Of a stretch of 39,859 nucleotides of DNA, positions 1 to 8,364 are shown in pieces. The stretch's first letter is position 1. Each line of letters starts with the position of its first letter. The DNA comes from an uncultured Deferribacteres bacterium (GTDB lineage: Bacteria; Zhuqueibacterota; Zhuqueibacteria; Zhuqueibacterales; Geothermadaptataceae). The stretch covers positions 1 to 39,859 of the forward strand of contig CAXHAT010000060.1 of assembly GCA_964014485.1 (NCBI GenBank), in the 5' to 3' direction. The notes below the pieces were generated by a model, which was not told the origin of the DNA, did no database searches, and saw only the letters and a program-made list of their open reading frames with translations. The position numbers and the translations under genes were made by a program.

Positions 1-56
1 TTCAATATTTTATGCGTGGGGACAGATCGGAAATCCGACCGCCCTGCTGACATTTT
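1..56. repeat. Exact 56-bp copy of the cas6-leader intergenic sequence at 12170..12225
   Basis: TTCAATATTTTATGCGTGGGGACAGATCGGAAATCCGACCGCCCTGCTGACATTTT is identical at 1..56 and 12170..12225; it may extend beyond the window's left edge. Confidence 0.97.
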
Positions 57-334
57 TCTGTTTTTTACGTCGTCTTTGTTGTCTTTCCGAGCTCGCCTTA
101 ATCGTTTGTTTTAAAATGACTTGAGTTGAAAATATGAAAAACGGCTGTTTTCTGACGGCAGCGTTTTTTGTCAAAAAACGCCAAAAATGCGCCGGTCTTT
201 GACGCAGTTTTGATTGTTTTTTTGCGAACGCCGAGGCCGCTCATACGCCGCGGGCCACGTCAATCTACGTTAAAAACAGTGCGCTTTTTTACATTCGGAT
301 GCAAGAGAATTGAGCCGGTCGTTTCGGCGGCGCG

Positions 335-1066
335 TTATGGCCGCCGGACGGAGATTTTGACGCCGTTGGTATCAACGAGCGCGTCGACGATGAGGGCGAG
401 GTTTGGGTCGTAGCGGGCGCGCATAAGGGCGATTTCGGCGCCGTTTCGATTGTGCCGGTTGAGGGCGGCTTGCTGCGCGGCGATAAAGCGGGCTTCCACT
501 TCCTTTGGCACAAGTAGGACGATTTGCAGTTCGTCCGGCGATAATTGGAGTTCATCGGCGACGCGTCGCAGCCATTGTTCGGCTTGGGGGTAGTTGGCGC
601 CAGATCGCCCGCGAGCGGCGTAGCGCGTCAGTTCCGCGGGAGACACGGGTTGGAAGGCTTGTCCGGAAATTTTGCCGAGCAGACGGTTCCGCGTCATCAC
701 GGCGGGCAGATAGCCGAGCCGCTCGATGACGCTTTCGATGGAAATGCCGCCAAGCTCGATGATGAGATCGGGGATGCGCCCGCGCTTTTCGCGAGCGGAT
801 TTTCGCGGCGGTTCAACAGCGGGGCGTTTGGCCTTTTCAGGCGGGGTTTTCGCCGGATTGACGGTTTCAGGTGCAGGCGCGGCTTCACCGATGTAGGTGT
901 AGCTTGGACTGCTGCGGACGGGTTCCTTTTGGGACGCGGGACGAGGCTTGGGCGGGGCTGCGTGAGCGGTCATTCGGGCGGCGCGCTCCGTTTGACAAGA
1001 AACGAAGCTGACGACCAACAGAACGGCGGCGGCCAGGAAACAGAACCACCAGAGTTTTTTGAGCAT
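335..1066 (-). CDS. Membrane-anchored or lipoprotein with Pro/Ala/Lys-rich linker (TonB-like layout), function unknown
   Basis: 243 aa; hydrophobic N-terminus ending in FVSC (possible lipobox); Pro-rich stretch (APPKPRP, PAPETVNPAKTPPE); last gene of a tightly spaced operon with ExbB/ExbD-like genes. Confidence 0.7.
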   Translation of the reverse strand: MLKKLWWFCFLAAAVLLVVSFVSCQTERAARMTAHAAPPKPRPASQKEPVRSSPSYTYIGEAAPAPETVNPAKTPPEKAKRPAVEPPRKSAREKRGRIPDLIIELGGISIESVIERLGYLPAVMTRNRLLGKISGQAFQPVSPAELTRYAARGRSGANYPQAEQWLRRVADELQLSPDELQIVLLVPKEVEARFIAAQQAALNRHNRNGAEIALMRARYDPNLALIVDALVDTNGVKISVRRP

Positions 1067-1078
1067 AACCGGCGCTCC

Positions 1079-1531
1079 CTAATTTTGACGATTGTTCTTC
1101 AAGAGGGCGCTGTCTTTTTGCGCTTTTCTCAGACGGATTTGACGGTAGCGCCGCATGGTTTTTTGCAGCAAGTCGCGGCTTTGCCGCAAAAAGGCTTCTT
1201 CATTCAAGCGATGCGCGTCGAATGTTTGTTCTACGGCGGTCGTTTCCGGCTCGAACGCGGCGCCCGGCGCAATCACCGGATCGCTTTGCAGGACGGGCGG
1301 CGGTTCCGTTTCGGCAGGATCAGACGGCTCCTGCGCCAGGCTGTCGAATACTTGCCATGCTGGAGATAAAATACTTTCCGATGAATCGACCGCCTGGGAG
1401 CCGGTTTGGCGCCACTGCTCCGCGGCGGCTTCCATTCTCGGTTTCAGTACGGCGATTTTTTCTTGCCAGTCGACAAGCAGCGCCAGCAAGATGATGGCGG
1501 CGCAGGAGATGAAGAGATAGGCTTTTCGCAT
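1079..1531 (-). CDS. Single-TM hypothetical protein
   Basis: Probable start MRKAYLFISCAAIILLALLVDW at 1531 with AGGAG RBS at 1540-1544; the longer ORF start (1747) overlaps the upstream gene and runs through short repeats. Confidence 0.65.
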   Translation of the reverse strand: MRKAYLFISCAAIILLALLVDWQEKIAVLKPRMEAAAEQWRQTGSQAVDSSESILSPAWQVFDSLAQEPSDPAETEPPPVLQSDPVIAPGAAFEPETTAVEQTFDAHRLNEEAFLRQSRDLLQKTMRRYRQIRLRKAQKDSALLKNNRQN

Positions 1532-1550
1532 GGTTTGGACTCCTGAACTT

Positions 1551-1600
1551 GGGTCATTGGTTGTCATTGGCTTCGCGTCATTTTTTGTCATTGGCTTCAC
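1551..1600. repeat. Short GTCATT-based tandem repeats, related in inverted orientation to 12345..12500
   Basis: GTCATTGGCTTCGCGTCATT near 1563 is the reverse complement of AATGACGCGAAGCCAATGAC near 12478. Confidence 0.8.
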
Positions 1601-1625
1601 CTCGTTCGACGCCCGGCATAGACGT

Positions 1626-2060
1626 TTATTGAGGCGCTTTTTTGAGCGCGGCGATTTGTACTTGCACGCCTTCAGCGGACTGCTTGAGGGCGTCGATGAC
1701 GGCGACCACGCGGTTGAAAGGCAGCCGTTGGTCGACGTAGAGCGCAACCTTGTTCGGCCATTTTTCTTTTTTGGCGGCGGCGGCGAAGTCCTTGTACTTC
1801 AGGGACTGTTCTTTTTGATCGAGCATGACGGTCAAATCATTTTGACGCAGGTAGATTTTCGCGGCCAGCTTTTCAGTTTCGCCTCCGGCGCCGGCACGGC
1901 TCAGCTGCAATTCCTGCAGGAGGCGGACTTCGTTTTTGAGCCGTTCGATTTCAGCGGATTCGCGCAGGGCCGGGCGCGTCACGGCGAAGAGCACGAAGAA
2001 CAGGCCGAGAAAGCCGACGGAGATGTCGGCAAGGGCGACGAGGTATTTAAACACTTTCAT
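1626..2060 (-). CDS. ExbD/TolR-like biopolymer transport protein
   Basis: N-terminal TM with an Asp (LVALADISVGFLGLFFVLF); C-terminal VALYVDQRLPFNRVVAVIDALKQS matches the ExbD periplasmic-domain pattern; follows an ExbB-like gene. Confidence 0.8.
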   Translation of the reverse strand: MKVFKYLVALADISVGFLGLFFVLFAVTRPALRESAEIERLKNEVRLLQELQLSRAGAGGETEKLAAKIYLRQNDLTVMLDQKEQSLKYKDFAAAAKKEKWPNKVALYVDQRLPFNRVVAVIDALKQSAEGVQVQIAALKKAPQ

Positions 2061-2068
2061 GGCGACTC

Positions 2069-2614
2069 TCAGTAGACGTTTTCACGGTCTTGCGCGCGCC
2101 AGTCGTCGTCGATTTCCGCTTCGTCAGGCGCGTCGACGAGGTCTTCGTCCGCATTTTCCGGATCAAGGTCGTCGGACGGCGGTTCGCTTTCCGTCAGCGG
2201 CAGAAGGGTTGGCCGCGTGTATGGCTTCAGGGCAAAAAGCAGCATTTCGCCCCAAACGCCGCCGAGAGCAAGTCCGGCGATGGTGGAAACCCAGACATGG
2301 TTGAGGGGCGCGAGAATGCTTTGCAGCGGATTTTCGTTTTCGGACTTACTGAGCGCTTCGCCGAGCGCAGGCAGCACTTCCACCAGGCCGAGGCAGGTGC
2401 CGATCATGCCGCTCAGGATGGCGAGGGTGCTGAACATTTCAACGGCGTCGAAAAGACGGCGCAGAAAGCGCAGGTCTTTCAAGGAATGGGCTTGCATCCA
2501 CGAGCGCATTTTGGCGAAGACGACGAATGCGGTGGTTGCGGTCATGAAGACCAGGCAAAGCGCCATGGCCGGCCAGACGGGGCCAATTTGGGTCAGGGAC
2601 AGGAGCTTCATCAT
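2069..2614 (-). CDS. MotA/TolQ/ExbB proton channel family protein
   Basis: Three hydrophobic segments; SGMIGTCLGL (GxxGTxxG) and STIAGL (TxxGL) motifs; acidic C-terminal tail. Confidence 0.8.
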   Translation of the reverse strand: MMKLLSLTQIGPVWPAMALCLVFMTATTAFVVFAKMRSWMQAHSLKDLRFLRRLFDAVEMFSTLAILSGMIGTCLGLVEVLPALGEALSKSENENPLQSILAPLNHVWVSTIAGLALGGVWGEMLLFALKPYTRPTLLPLTESEPPSDDLDPENADEDLVDAPDEAEIDDDWRAQDRENVY

Positions 2615-2626
2615 GACTGGCTCCGA

Positions 2627-3673
2627 TTACGGGGTTTGCGGTTTGCGCGCGGCAAGCGCTTTTTTCAGGGCTTGTCTCATGGAGTCGAGGCGCGTTTGCG
2701 TCCAGGGCGTTTTGCCGTCGGCTTCGGCCCTGGGCTGTCCCGGCCACTTGAGTGCAGGGATTCCGGGCAGTTCCGGCGGGACGGGTGCGTTTTCGTAGAG
2801 CCGGGATTCGAGTTCGCGCATCTCCTGCAGCGCCTCGCCGCTTTCGTTGATTTTTTCAACGGCGCGGCTGAATTGTTCGGCCACGCCGGTCATTTCGAGC
2901 AGGCGCGCTTCCACGGCAAGCCAGTTTTGGCGCTGTTCGGCGTAGAGATCGATGTAGATCATCTCCGCATTGATCCAGCCGAAGCCGTTTTGCAGATGGT
3001 CGCGCATTTCGGCGAGCGAGCGGCGGACGGCGGGCAGCTCCTTGTTTTGCGTTCCGGCCTGTTGGTGCAGCAGGCGGAGGCGGCGCAGGCTTTCTTCGTG
3101 CAGCGCCAGGCCGTTTTGCTGCAAGATTTGCAGTTTGCGCTGCATCGCGGCGCGCTCGTCCGGTTCAATCGCTTCCTGCTGCAGTTTTTCCAGGATTTGC
3201 AGCATTTCGATGCGCGTTTGCGCGACCAGATCTTCGGTGCGACGAATCTGCTCGCTGATTTTGTTTTGCATGACGGTTGCGCCAAAGTCTTCCTGCTTGG
3301 GGAAGCGCGTCAGCATGTTTTCGAGCTTGTCCAGCGTTTGCAAACGCAGCCCTTCCATTTCTTTCAACGTTTGGTATTTGCCGTCGAGGTAGTCGGCGTA
3401 GATTTGTTCGAACTGGCGCTTTTCAAGGTGAAAGGCGCGAAAATCGTCTTTTTTCAGCGCCATTTTCTGCTCGACGATTTTGAGTGCGTTCATGGCGCGC
3501 CGGGTTTGGTCGTGGACGTTTTCGGTCAGCGCGCTCAGGGAGTCCATGGTGAGCTTGAAGGCGCGCACGTCGTTTTGCAGGATTTGCGGCACGTCCACGC
3601 TTTCTTGCGCAGCGACGGCGAAGGGCAGGAAAAAGACGAGCAGGACGGCGCGCCGGAATTTGTTCGTTTGCAT
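2627..3673 (-). CDS. Secreted/periplasmic coiled-coil protein, function unknown
   Basis: 348 aa; Sec-type signal peptide (RR, hydrophobic core, AVAA/QE); L/E/Q/R-rich heptad-like composition; AGGAGA RBS upstream. Confidence 0.8.
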   Translation of the reverse strand: MQTNKFRRAVLLVFFLPFAVAAQESVDVPQILQNDVRAFKLTMDSLSALTENVHDQTRRAMNALKIVEQKMALKKDDFRAFHLEKRQFEQIYADYLDGKYQTLKEMEGLRLQTLDKLENMLTRFPKQEDFGATVMQNKISEQIRRTEDLVAQTRIEMLQILEKLQQEAIEPDERAAMQRKLQILQQNGLALHEESLRRLRLLHQQAGTQNKELPAVRRSLAEMRDHLQNGFGWINAEMIYIDLYAEQRQNWLAVEARLLEMTGVAEQFSRAVEKINESGEALQEMRELESRLYENAPVPPELPGIPALKWPGQPRAEADGKTPWTQTRLDSMRQALKKALAARKPQTP

Positions 3674-3837
3674 GAGAAAGTCTCCTGATGGTTTGAAATT
3701 GCGTTGTCGCGAGAAAGGTCGTTTGCGGCGGGGAAAATCGAAACCTGGAGCCGTTTCAGGTTAGAAAATCACTTGCGATTCACTGCGTTTGATGCTAGGT
3801 TTGTGCCGGCAATTATTCTTTTTAGGCCCCATGACCG

Positions 3838-4179
3838 ATGAAACCAAAAGTCTACATTGAAACCACAATTCCGAGCTTTTACTTTGAAGATCGCGAAACG
3901 CCGGATGCAGCGGCGCGCCGGGAATGGACGAGAGAATGGTGGGATTTTCATCGAAGCGAATACGATGTGATCACCAGTTTGGCCGTGTTAGACGAGCTTG
4001 GCGCCGAAGGTTATCCTAAAAATAAGCAATCGAAAGCGCTGGCTCTCATAAGTGACGTGAATCTCGTTGCCGTTGAACCTGAAATCGTGGAAATTGTACG
4101 CGTTTACATTCAGCACAAAGTCATGCTTGGACTTTTTGTACCAACCCTGGTGACCCCGCTGGAACTGCTTGGAGAATAA
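3838..4179 (+). pseudogene. PIN/VapC-like toxin with an apparent in-frame internal deletion
   Basis: N-terminal KVYIETTIPSFY...TREWW and C-terminal VPTLVTPLELLG are typical of this PIN family, but the DAxH...TWN segment expected between HKVM and LGL is absent (113 aa only). Confidence 0.65.
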
Positions 4180-4183
4180 AACC

Positions 4184-4351
4184 ATGAAGCATGATCCGAC
4201 AATCGATGAAATCAGAAAAATCCGGCAAGAAATTTCTCGTCGTTTTGGTAATGATCCAAAGCGAATCATAGAATATTATATCCAATTGCAGAAAGAGCGT
4301 CCGAATCGGTTGATTTTCTCGTCGAACGCTCGGCAAAAAAAACGCTGTTGA
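4184..4351 (+). CDS. Small putative antitoxin partner of the PIN gene
   Basis: 55 aa, MKHDPTIDEIRKIRQEISRRFGND; ATG 4 nt after the PIN stop with GGAG RBS. Confidence 0.65.
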   Translation: MKHDPTIDEIRKIRQEISRRFGNDPKRIIEYYIQLQKERPNRLIFSSNARQKKRC

Positions 4352-4547
4352 AAAAGCCGCTTTGGTTTGATGCGGGCGATCTTTTTCAACGACGTCGTAA
4401 CCGGGCGCCAGACAATTCCGCTCAGAACTCGGTTATCGCCGCATTCCTGAGCGGCTTCTCGCCATAGAGCCCCTCCCGATGATGTGCAAGGCGGACCTGT
4501 CCATCTCGCCGAACCTGCTCTTACTCAATGCAATAACTTCAAAACGG

Positions 4548-4850
4548 CTAAACAAAAACCGCGGGATCGTCCTGACGAGCAATTCGATCAGTCGCTTCGA
4601 TGCGCTTGCGGCAGGCTTCGCAGAGAAAGAAGTAGCGAACGCGGTCGCCTTTTTGGGTGTTGATCGATTGTTTGATTGTTTTCTTCATCGCCGCCAGTTG
4701 CGTCGGCGAAAGCAGGCATTCAAAGACGGAATATTGCACGCCGAGGCCGAATCGCTTCAATCGACGGTGCAGCTTCGTGCGGCGCTTGTCGTCGGAAATG
4801 TCATAAGCGACGATGACGAAAGTTTTGGCGCGGGAAGCGGAAGGTTTCAT
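4548..4850 (-). CDS. cas2: CRISPR-associated endonuclease Cas2
   Basis: VAYDISDDKRRTKL and VQYSVFEC motifs; ATGA overlap with cas1. Confidence 0.97.
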   Translation of the reverse strand: MKPSASRAKTFVIVAYDISDDKRRTKLHRRLKRFGLGVQYSVFECLLSPTQLAAMKKTIKQSINTQKGDRVRYFFLCEACRKRIEATDRIARQDDPAVFV

Positions 4851-5830
4851 GATTCCGCCAAGATCGGGACGTAAGCTTTGTCTTTATTCATGAGCAGCCG
4901 GGCAAGTTGGCGCACTTGTCCTTCCATACCGCCGACGGGATCGCCGCCGTTGGCTGGAAGATTCTCCAATTTCCGAATTTGCTGTTCGAATGCGGTGACG
5001 TAGCGCTGCAAGGTCGGCTTTTGCATGGTGCATCGTCCGCCGCTTTTGTTGAACTCTTTCGGTGAGATGCGTTTCGTGTTGATCAGTCGGACGATCAAGG
5101 CGTCGACGACGGGCGTACGCCATTCTTCGATCAGGTCGGAAGCCAGAGCGGCGTGATTGCGTTTCGGTTCGTGAAAAAAGCCGAGATAAGGGTCCAAACC
5201 TTGAACATGCAGCAAGCCGGACATGCGCGAATAGAGCAAGGTATAACCCAAATTGAGCATGGCGTTGATCGGATCGGGCGCCGGGCGCTGAATGCGGCGT
5301 TGGAATTTCCACTCGCCCTTCAAGCGTCCGCGTAAAACAGCGAAATGCGTCGCGGTCGCCGAACCTTCGAAGCCTCGCAAGGCGTCCAGGGAAGACGCGA
5401 ACTTCACATTTTTTGCGATGGATTCCATGCGTTCGAGCCCGCTTTTCACCGCTTCATCCGAACGTTGCCGCCGCCAGAATTCCTGCATCTGCTGAATTTT
5501 TCCGGCAACCACCTTTTTGGAGAATTTTAAGCGAAACCGATTGTCTTTGAATTTTTCATATTGCGCCAGCCGCAGCTTGACGAAGCCGCCGTCGCCGGGC
5601 GCAAACTGGCCGTAGAATTTGCCGTTTTGCGAGACGTAAGCGATGGTGACGCCGTTTTGCATGAAAAAGCGCACCGCCGGCGTCGTAATGTTGGCCGGAA
5701 CCATCAGCACGATGCGCTCGACGTGCAGCGCCGGCATTTCCTTGACAACCTTGCCTTCGCGTCTGATTTGCACGCGCTCGTTGCTCACGCCGACGCTGGC
5801 GCCGTATTCGTTGATGTAGAGAACGGACAT
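4847..5830 (-). CDS. cas1: CRISPR-associated endonuclease Cas1
   Basis: LRGFEG, DPINAMLNLGY, GLDPYLGFFH and LASDLIEEWR catalytic-region motifs. Confidence 0.97.
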   Translation of the reverse strand: MSVLYINEYGASVGVSNERVQIRREGKVVKEMPALHVERIVLMVPANITTPAVRFFMQNGVTIAYVSQNGKFYGQFAPGDGGFVKLRLAQYEKFKDNRFRLKFSKKVVAGKIQQMQEFWRRQRSDEAVKSGLERMESIAKNVKFASSLDALRGFEGSATATHFAVLRGRLKGEWKFQRRIQRPAPDPINAMLNLGYTLLYSRMSGLLHVQGLDPYLGFFHEPKRNHAALASDLIEEWRTPVVDALIVRLINTKRISPKEFNKSGGRCTMQKPTLQRYVTAFEQQIRKLENLPANGGDPVGGMEGQVRQLARLLMNKDKAYVPILAES

Positions 5831-5882
5831 ATTGAAGATTGAAGTTTGTGATTTGAAGTTTGGAGATTCCGGCTCGTCCCGG

Positions 5883-6773
5883 CTATGCGCTCGCCAGCCG
5901 CCACCGCCCGTTGCGCGTTTTGTTCAGCTTGAGCCATTCCCCCAGGTATTTGCAGCCCTTGCCGAGATGAAACAGCCGCGTCTTGTCGCGGTTGATTTCG
6001 AGCTTGAGGTTTTCAAGGACGGCGACGGCGGCGTCCAGCGCTTTTTCGGCTTCCTTGCGATCGGCGGCGAAAACGGCCACGTCGTCGCCGTAGCGTACGA
6101 AGCGCATCTCCTGCGCCCGGGCTCTGCCGTCAAACAAATCGAGATAAACGTTGGCGAGCAAGGGAGAGAGCGGGCTGCCCTGCAGCAGGCCTTTCGCCGA
6201 AGAGAATTGCCGCAGCCCGGAATTCGATTCGATGACGATTTCGGCGGCCAGCAGGCGTTTCAGCAGTTTTCGCAGCGCAAAATCCTTGACCCGCTTGTTC
6301 ACCGAGCGCCAAAGCAGCTTGACCGGCACGCTGCCGAAGCAGTCGCGCAAGTCGATTTTTACCAGCCAGGGCCGTCCGCCCAGCGCATGGTCGCGCGCTT
6401 GCGCCAAGGCGGTTTGCGGCGAACGTCCCGTGCGGTAGGCGTGGCTGTAATCGTCAAAGTGCGGCTCGAACAGCGGGATCAGAATTTGCGCCGCCGCGCG
6501 ATGCACGATGCGGTCCGTCACCGTGAGTACGCCGATCGGGCGCGGCGGCCCCACTTCGCGCTTCAGAAGTATTTTTTTGACCGGCTGCGGGCGATATTTG
6601 AAACTGCGCAAATCGCGCTGCAACGCCTTCAGCAGCAAAAACGACCGGCTTTCAAAATGGCTGATCGCCACGCCGTCCAGTCCGGCGGAATCGCCCCGCC
6701 GCCGAACCGCTCGCCAGGCGCGGTTCAGGTTCTCGTCTTCGCAGAGTTTTGCATAAAGCGGATAAAATAACAT
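5883..6773 (-). CDS. Stand-alone CRISPR-associated reverse transcriptase (group II intron-like RT domain)
   Basis: NLNRAWRAV..AGLDG (RT0), KIDLRDCFGSV, GLLQGSPLSPLLANVYL, RYGDD and KYLG motifs; no maturase/thumb extension; 52 bp upstream of cas1. Confidence 0.95.
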   Translation of the reverse strand: MLFYPLYAKLCEDENLNRAWRAVRRRGDSAGLDGVAISHFESRSFLLLKALQRDLRSFKYRPQPVKKILLKREVGPPRPIGVLTVTDRIVHRAAAQILIPLFEPHFDDYSHAYRTGRSPQTALAQARDHALGGRPWLVKIDLRDCFGSVPVKLLWRSVNKRVKDFALRKLLKRLLAAEIVIESNSGLRQFSSAKGLLQGSPLSPLLANVYLDLFDGRARAQEMRFVRYGDDVAVFAADRKEAEKALDAAVAVLENLKLEINRDKTRLFHLGKGCKYLGEWLKLNKTRNGRWRLASA

Positions 6774-6787
6774 GACCGGCTCCGGCG

Positions 6788-7858
6788 TTAAACAAAGGCT
6801 TCATTTTCCGTGCGGCGCAGCGGTTTGCGCGGTCGAAAACGCATCATTTGCAGAAACCGCATTGTGAATTTAATCAGAGCCGGATAAAAAAAATCCTTCC
6901 ACAGTTGGTCGTCCGCTGCGTTCGCATGTGCGCGGCAGGCTTCGATCTGCAGACGATGGAAGCAGCGAACGCGCTTTAACTCTTTCTTTTCCCCCTGCGC
7001 TTCCAGGGCGATGAGCAAGTTCAGCAAAAACAACCTATGCCCTTCTTCATGAGGGTCAACGAAGCCGACAATCGCCGTCAGCATCGGGTATTTCACCGGT
7101 TCGGGACGATCCGTCATGCGTTCCGCCAGCCACGCGCCCCGAAACTTCACCACGCGCTTCGACGGCGCGGCATGGCCCGAAATACGAATAAAGCGCGCGA
7201 TGCGCTTGTCTTGCAGCGCTTCCGCCGCCTGCCGGGGATCAAGACGCATAAAGCTCGCCAGCAAGCCGAGAGGCAAGGGCGTTCCCGCCAGGCCGGTTTC
7301 GATCAGGATTTGCAGCAGCAGATCAAACTCCTTCGACCGGCGGCCGTTGTTAAAAACGCCTTGCGCAATCAGGTCGTCGGCCACCGAATCGCAGTACGCC
7401 GGATCTTCTTCCGGCACGTTAAAAACGTGAAAGTCCCCTTCGGCGCCCAACGACGCCAGTTCCTTTGCCGCGCAGGTCGCCGCAACCGCGTGGCCGGCTT
7501 CCAGCAGCGCTTTCGCTTGCGGCGCAAAATTGAGAAAGCGGCTCGCCCGCTTTAGCAAAACCAGTCCGGGAGAAGATTCGGGCGCCGCGCCCAAAACCGG
7601 GCGCGCAAGCGGTCTGGCAAAATAGACTGGCTCCTGCGGCCTCTCCGCGCGCGCAAGTCGCGCCAGGTTTTGCAAAAGCCGCAGCGCCGTACGTTCCGCC
7701 GAAGGCGCATAGACCAGCAGCAGCGGTTTTCCAAGGTGCGGAAGCCGCTCGAAAATTCGGTGCGCCGCGGTCAGGCCGTCCAGCGGATCCGGCGCTTCCA
7801 CGCCGTAAACTTCTTCGGGGATCAATTGGTCGCCTGTGAGTTTTGAAAGCGTCATCAT
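6788..7858 (-). CDS. Hypothetical protein, possibly an inactivated STAND-like NTPase with winged helix
   Basis: 356 aa; AGGAG RBS; degenerate Walker A-like LLLVYAPSAERT, Walker B-like GLVLLKRA, GxP-like GTPLPLGLLA, and FRGAWLAE. The CDS is likely; the family call is tentative. Confidence 0.55.
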   Translation of the reverse strand: MMTLSKLTGDQLIPEEVYGVEAPDPLDGLTAAHRIFERLPHLGKPLLLVYAPSAERTALRLLQNLARLARAERPQEPVYFARPLARPVLGAAPESSPGLVLLKRASRFLNFAPQAKALLEAGHAVAATCAAKELASLGAEGDFHVFNVPEEDPAYCDSVADDLIAQGVFNNGRRSKEFDLLLQILIETGLAGTPLPLGLLASFMRLDPRQAAEALQDKRIARFIRISGHAAPSKRVVKFRGAWLAERMTDRPEPVKYPMLTAIVGFVDPHEEGHRLFLLNLLIALEAQGEKKELKRVRCFHRLQIEACRAHANAADDQLWKDFFYPALIKFTMRFLQMMRFRPRKPLRRTENEAFV

Positions 7859-8364
7859 TATTCTCCTTTTGAAATGAACCGGCTCGCAAGGGACGTCCTT
7901 GTCGCGAATAAACCCTGCGAGCGTTTCCCATTGTCAGCGGACTTTCCCGAATTCCGCTTTTCGCCCATGTGCTTGCTCCCATTGCCCGTTTGTCCCAAAA
8001 TCTTTATTTTCCACCCAAAATTTCCGCGCGCAATTCACTATCTGACACTTTTTACAAATTGCCGTTTAGTCCTAGTGAGAAGGCCTCGAATTGTCATTCT
8101 GTAAGAATCTTTGTTAACGTCCAGCACAGATTTTCCCCAAAAGTTCAAGGGTGAGGTCTAAAAAGATGCTTCCAGCATGACAATTTTGGACTCTTTGAGA
8201 CGCTCGAAAAGTTGCTATAAAAAGTGTCAAGTAGTTGACGCGCGGAACACGAATCGCCGTTCGTTTTTATGAAGTGACGGAGCATTGGATTGCCGGCGTT
8301 TGGGATTCCATTCATCCAATAATCCGTCACTCCAAAATCAGCAAAACTTTCTGCAAGCGCGATC

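Noticed and set aside
1626..2614. Zorya ZorA/ZorB call
   Set aside because: The MotA-like protein lacks the long ZorA tail, the partner has an ExbD-type rather than OmpA-type C-terminus, and no ZorC/D/E is present
2090..3688. 532-aa plus-strand ORF, and many other long plus-strand ORFs opposite the cas and catabolic genes
   Set aside because: Antisense shadows of GC-rich genuine minus-strand genes; no motifs or RBS
5883..6773. Group II intron, retron or DGR interpretation of the RT
   Set aside because: No maturase domain, no room for intron RNA or msr-msd (14-bp and 52-bp flanks), no TR/VR pair seen; adjacency to cas1-cas2 explains it
3700..7910. TTGTCGCGA upstream of both the envelope operon (~3704) and the STAND-like gene (~7899) as a sigma promoter
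   Set aside because: Only 9 bp with no consistent -35 partner or spacing; chance cannot be excluded
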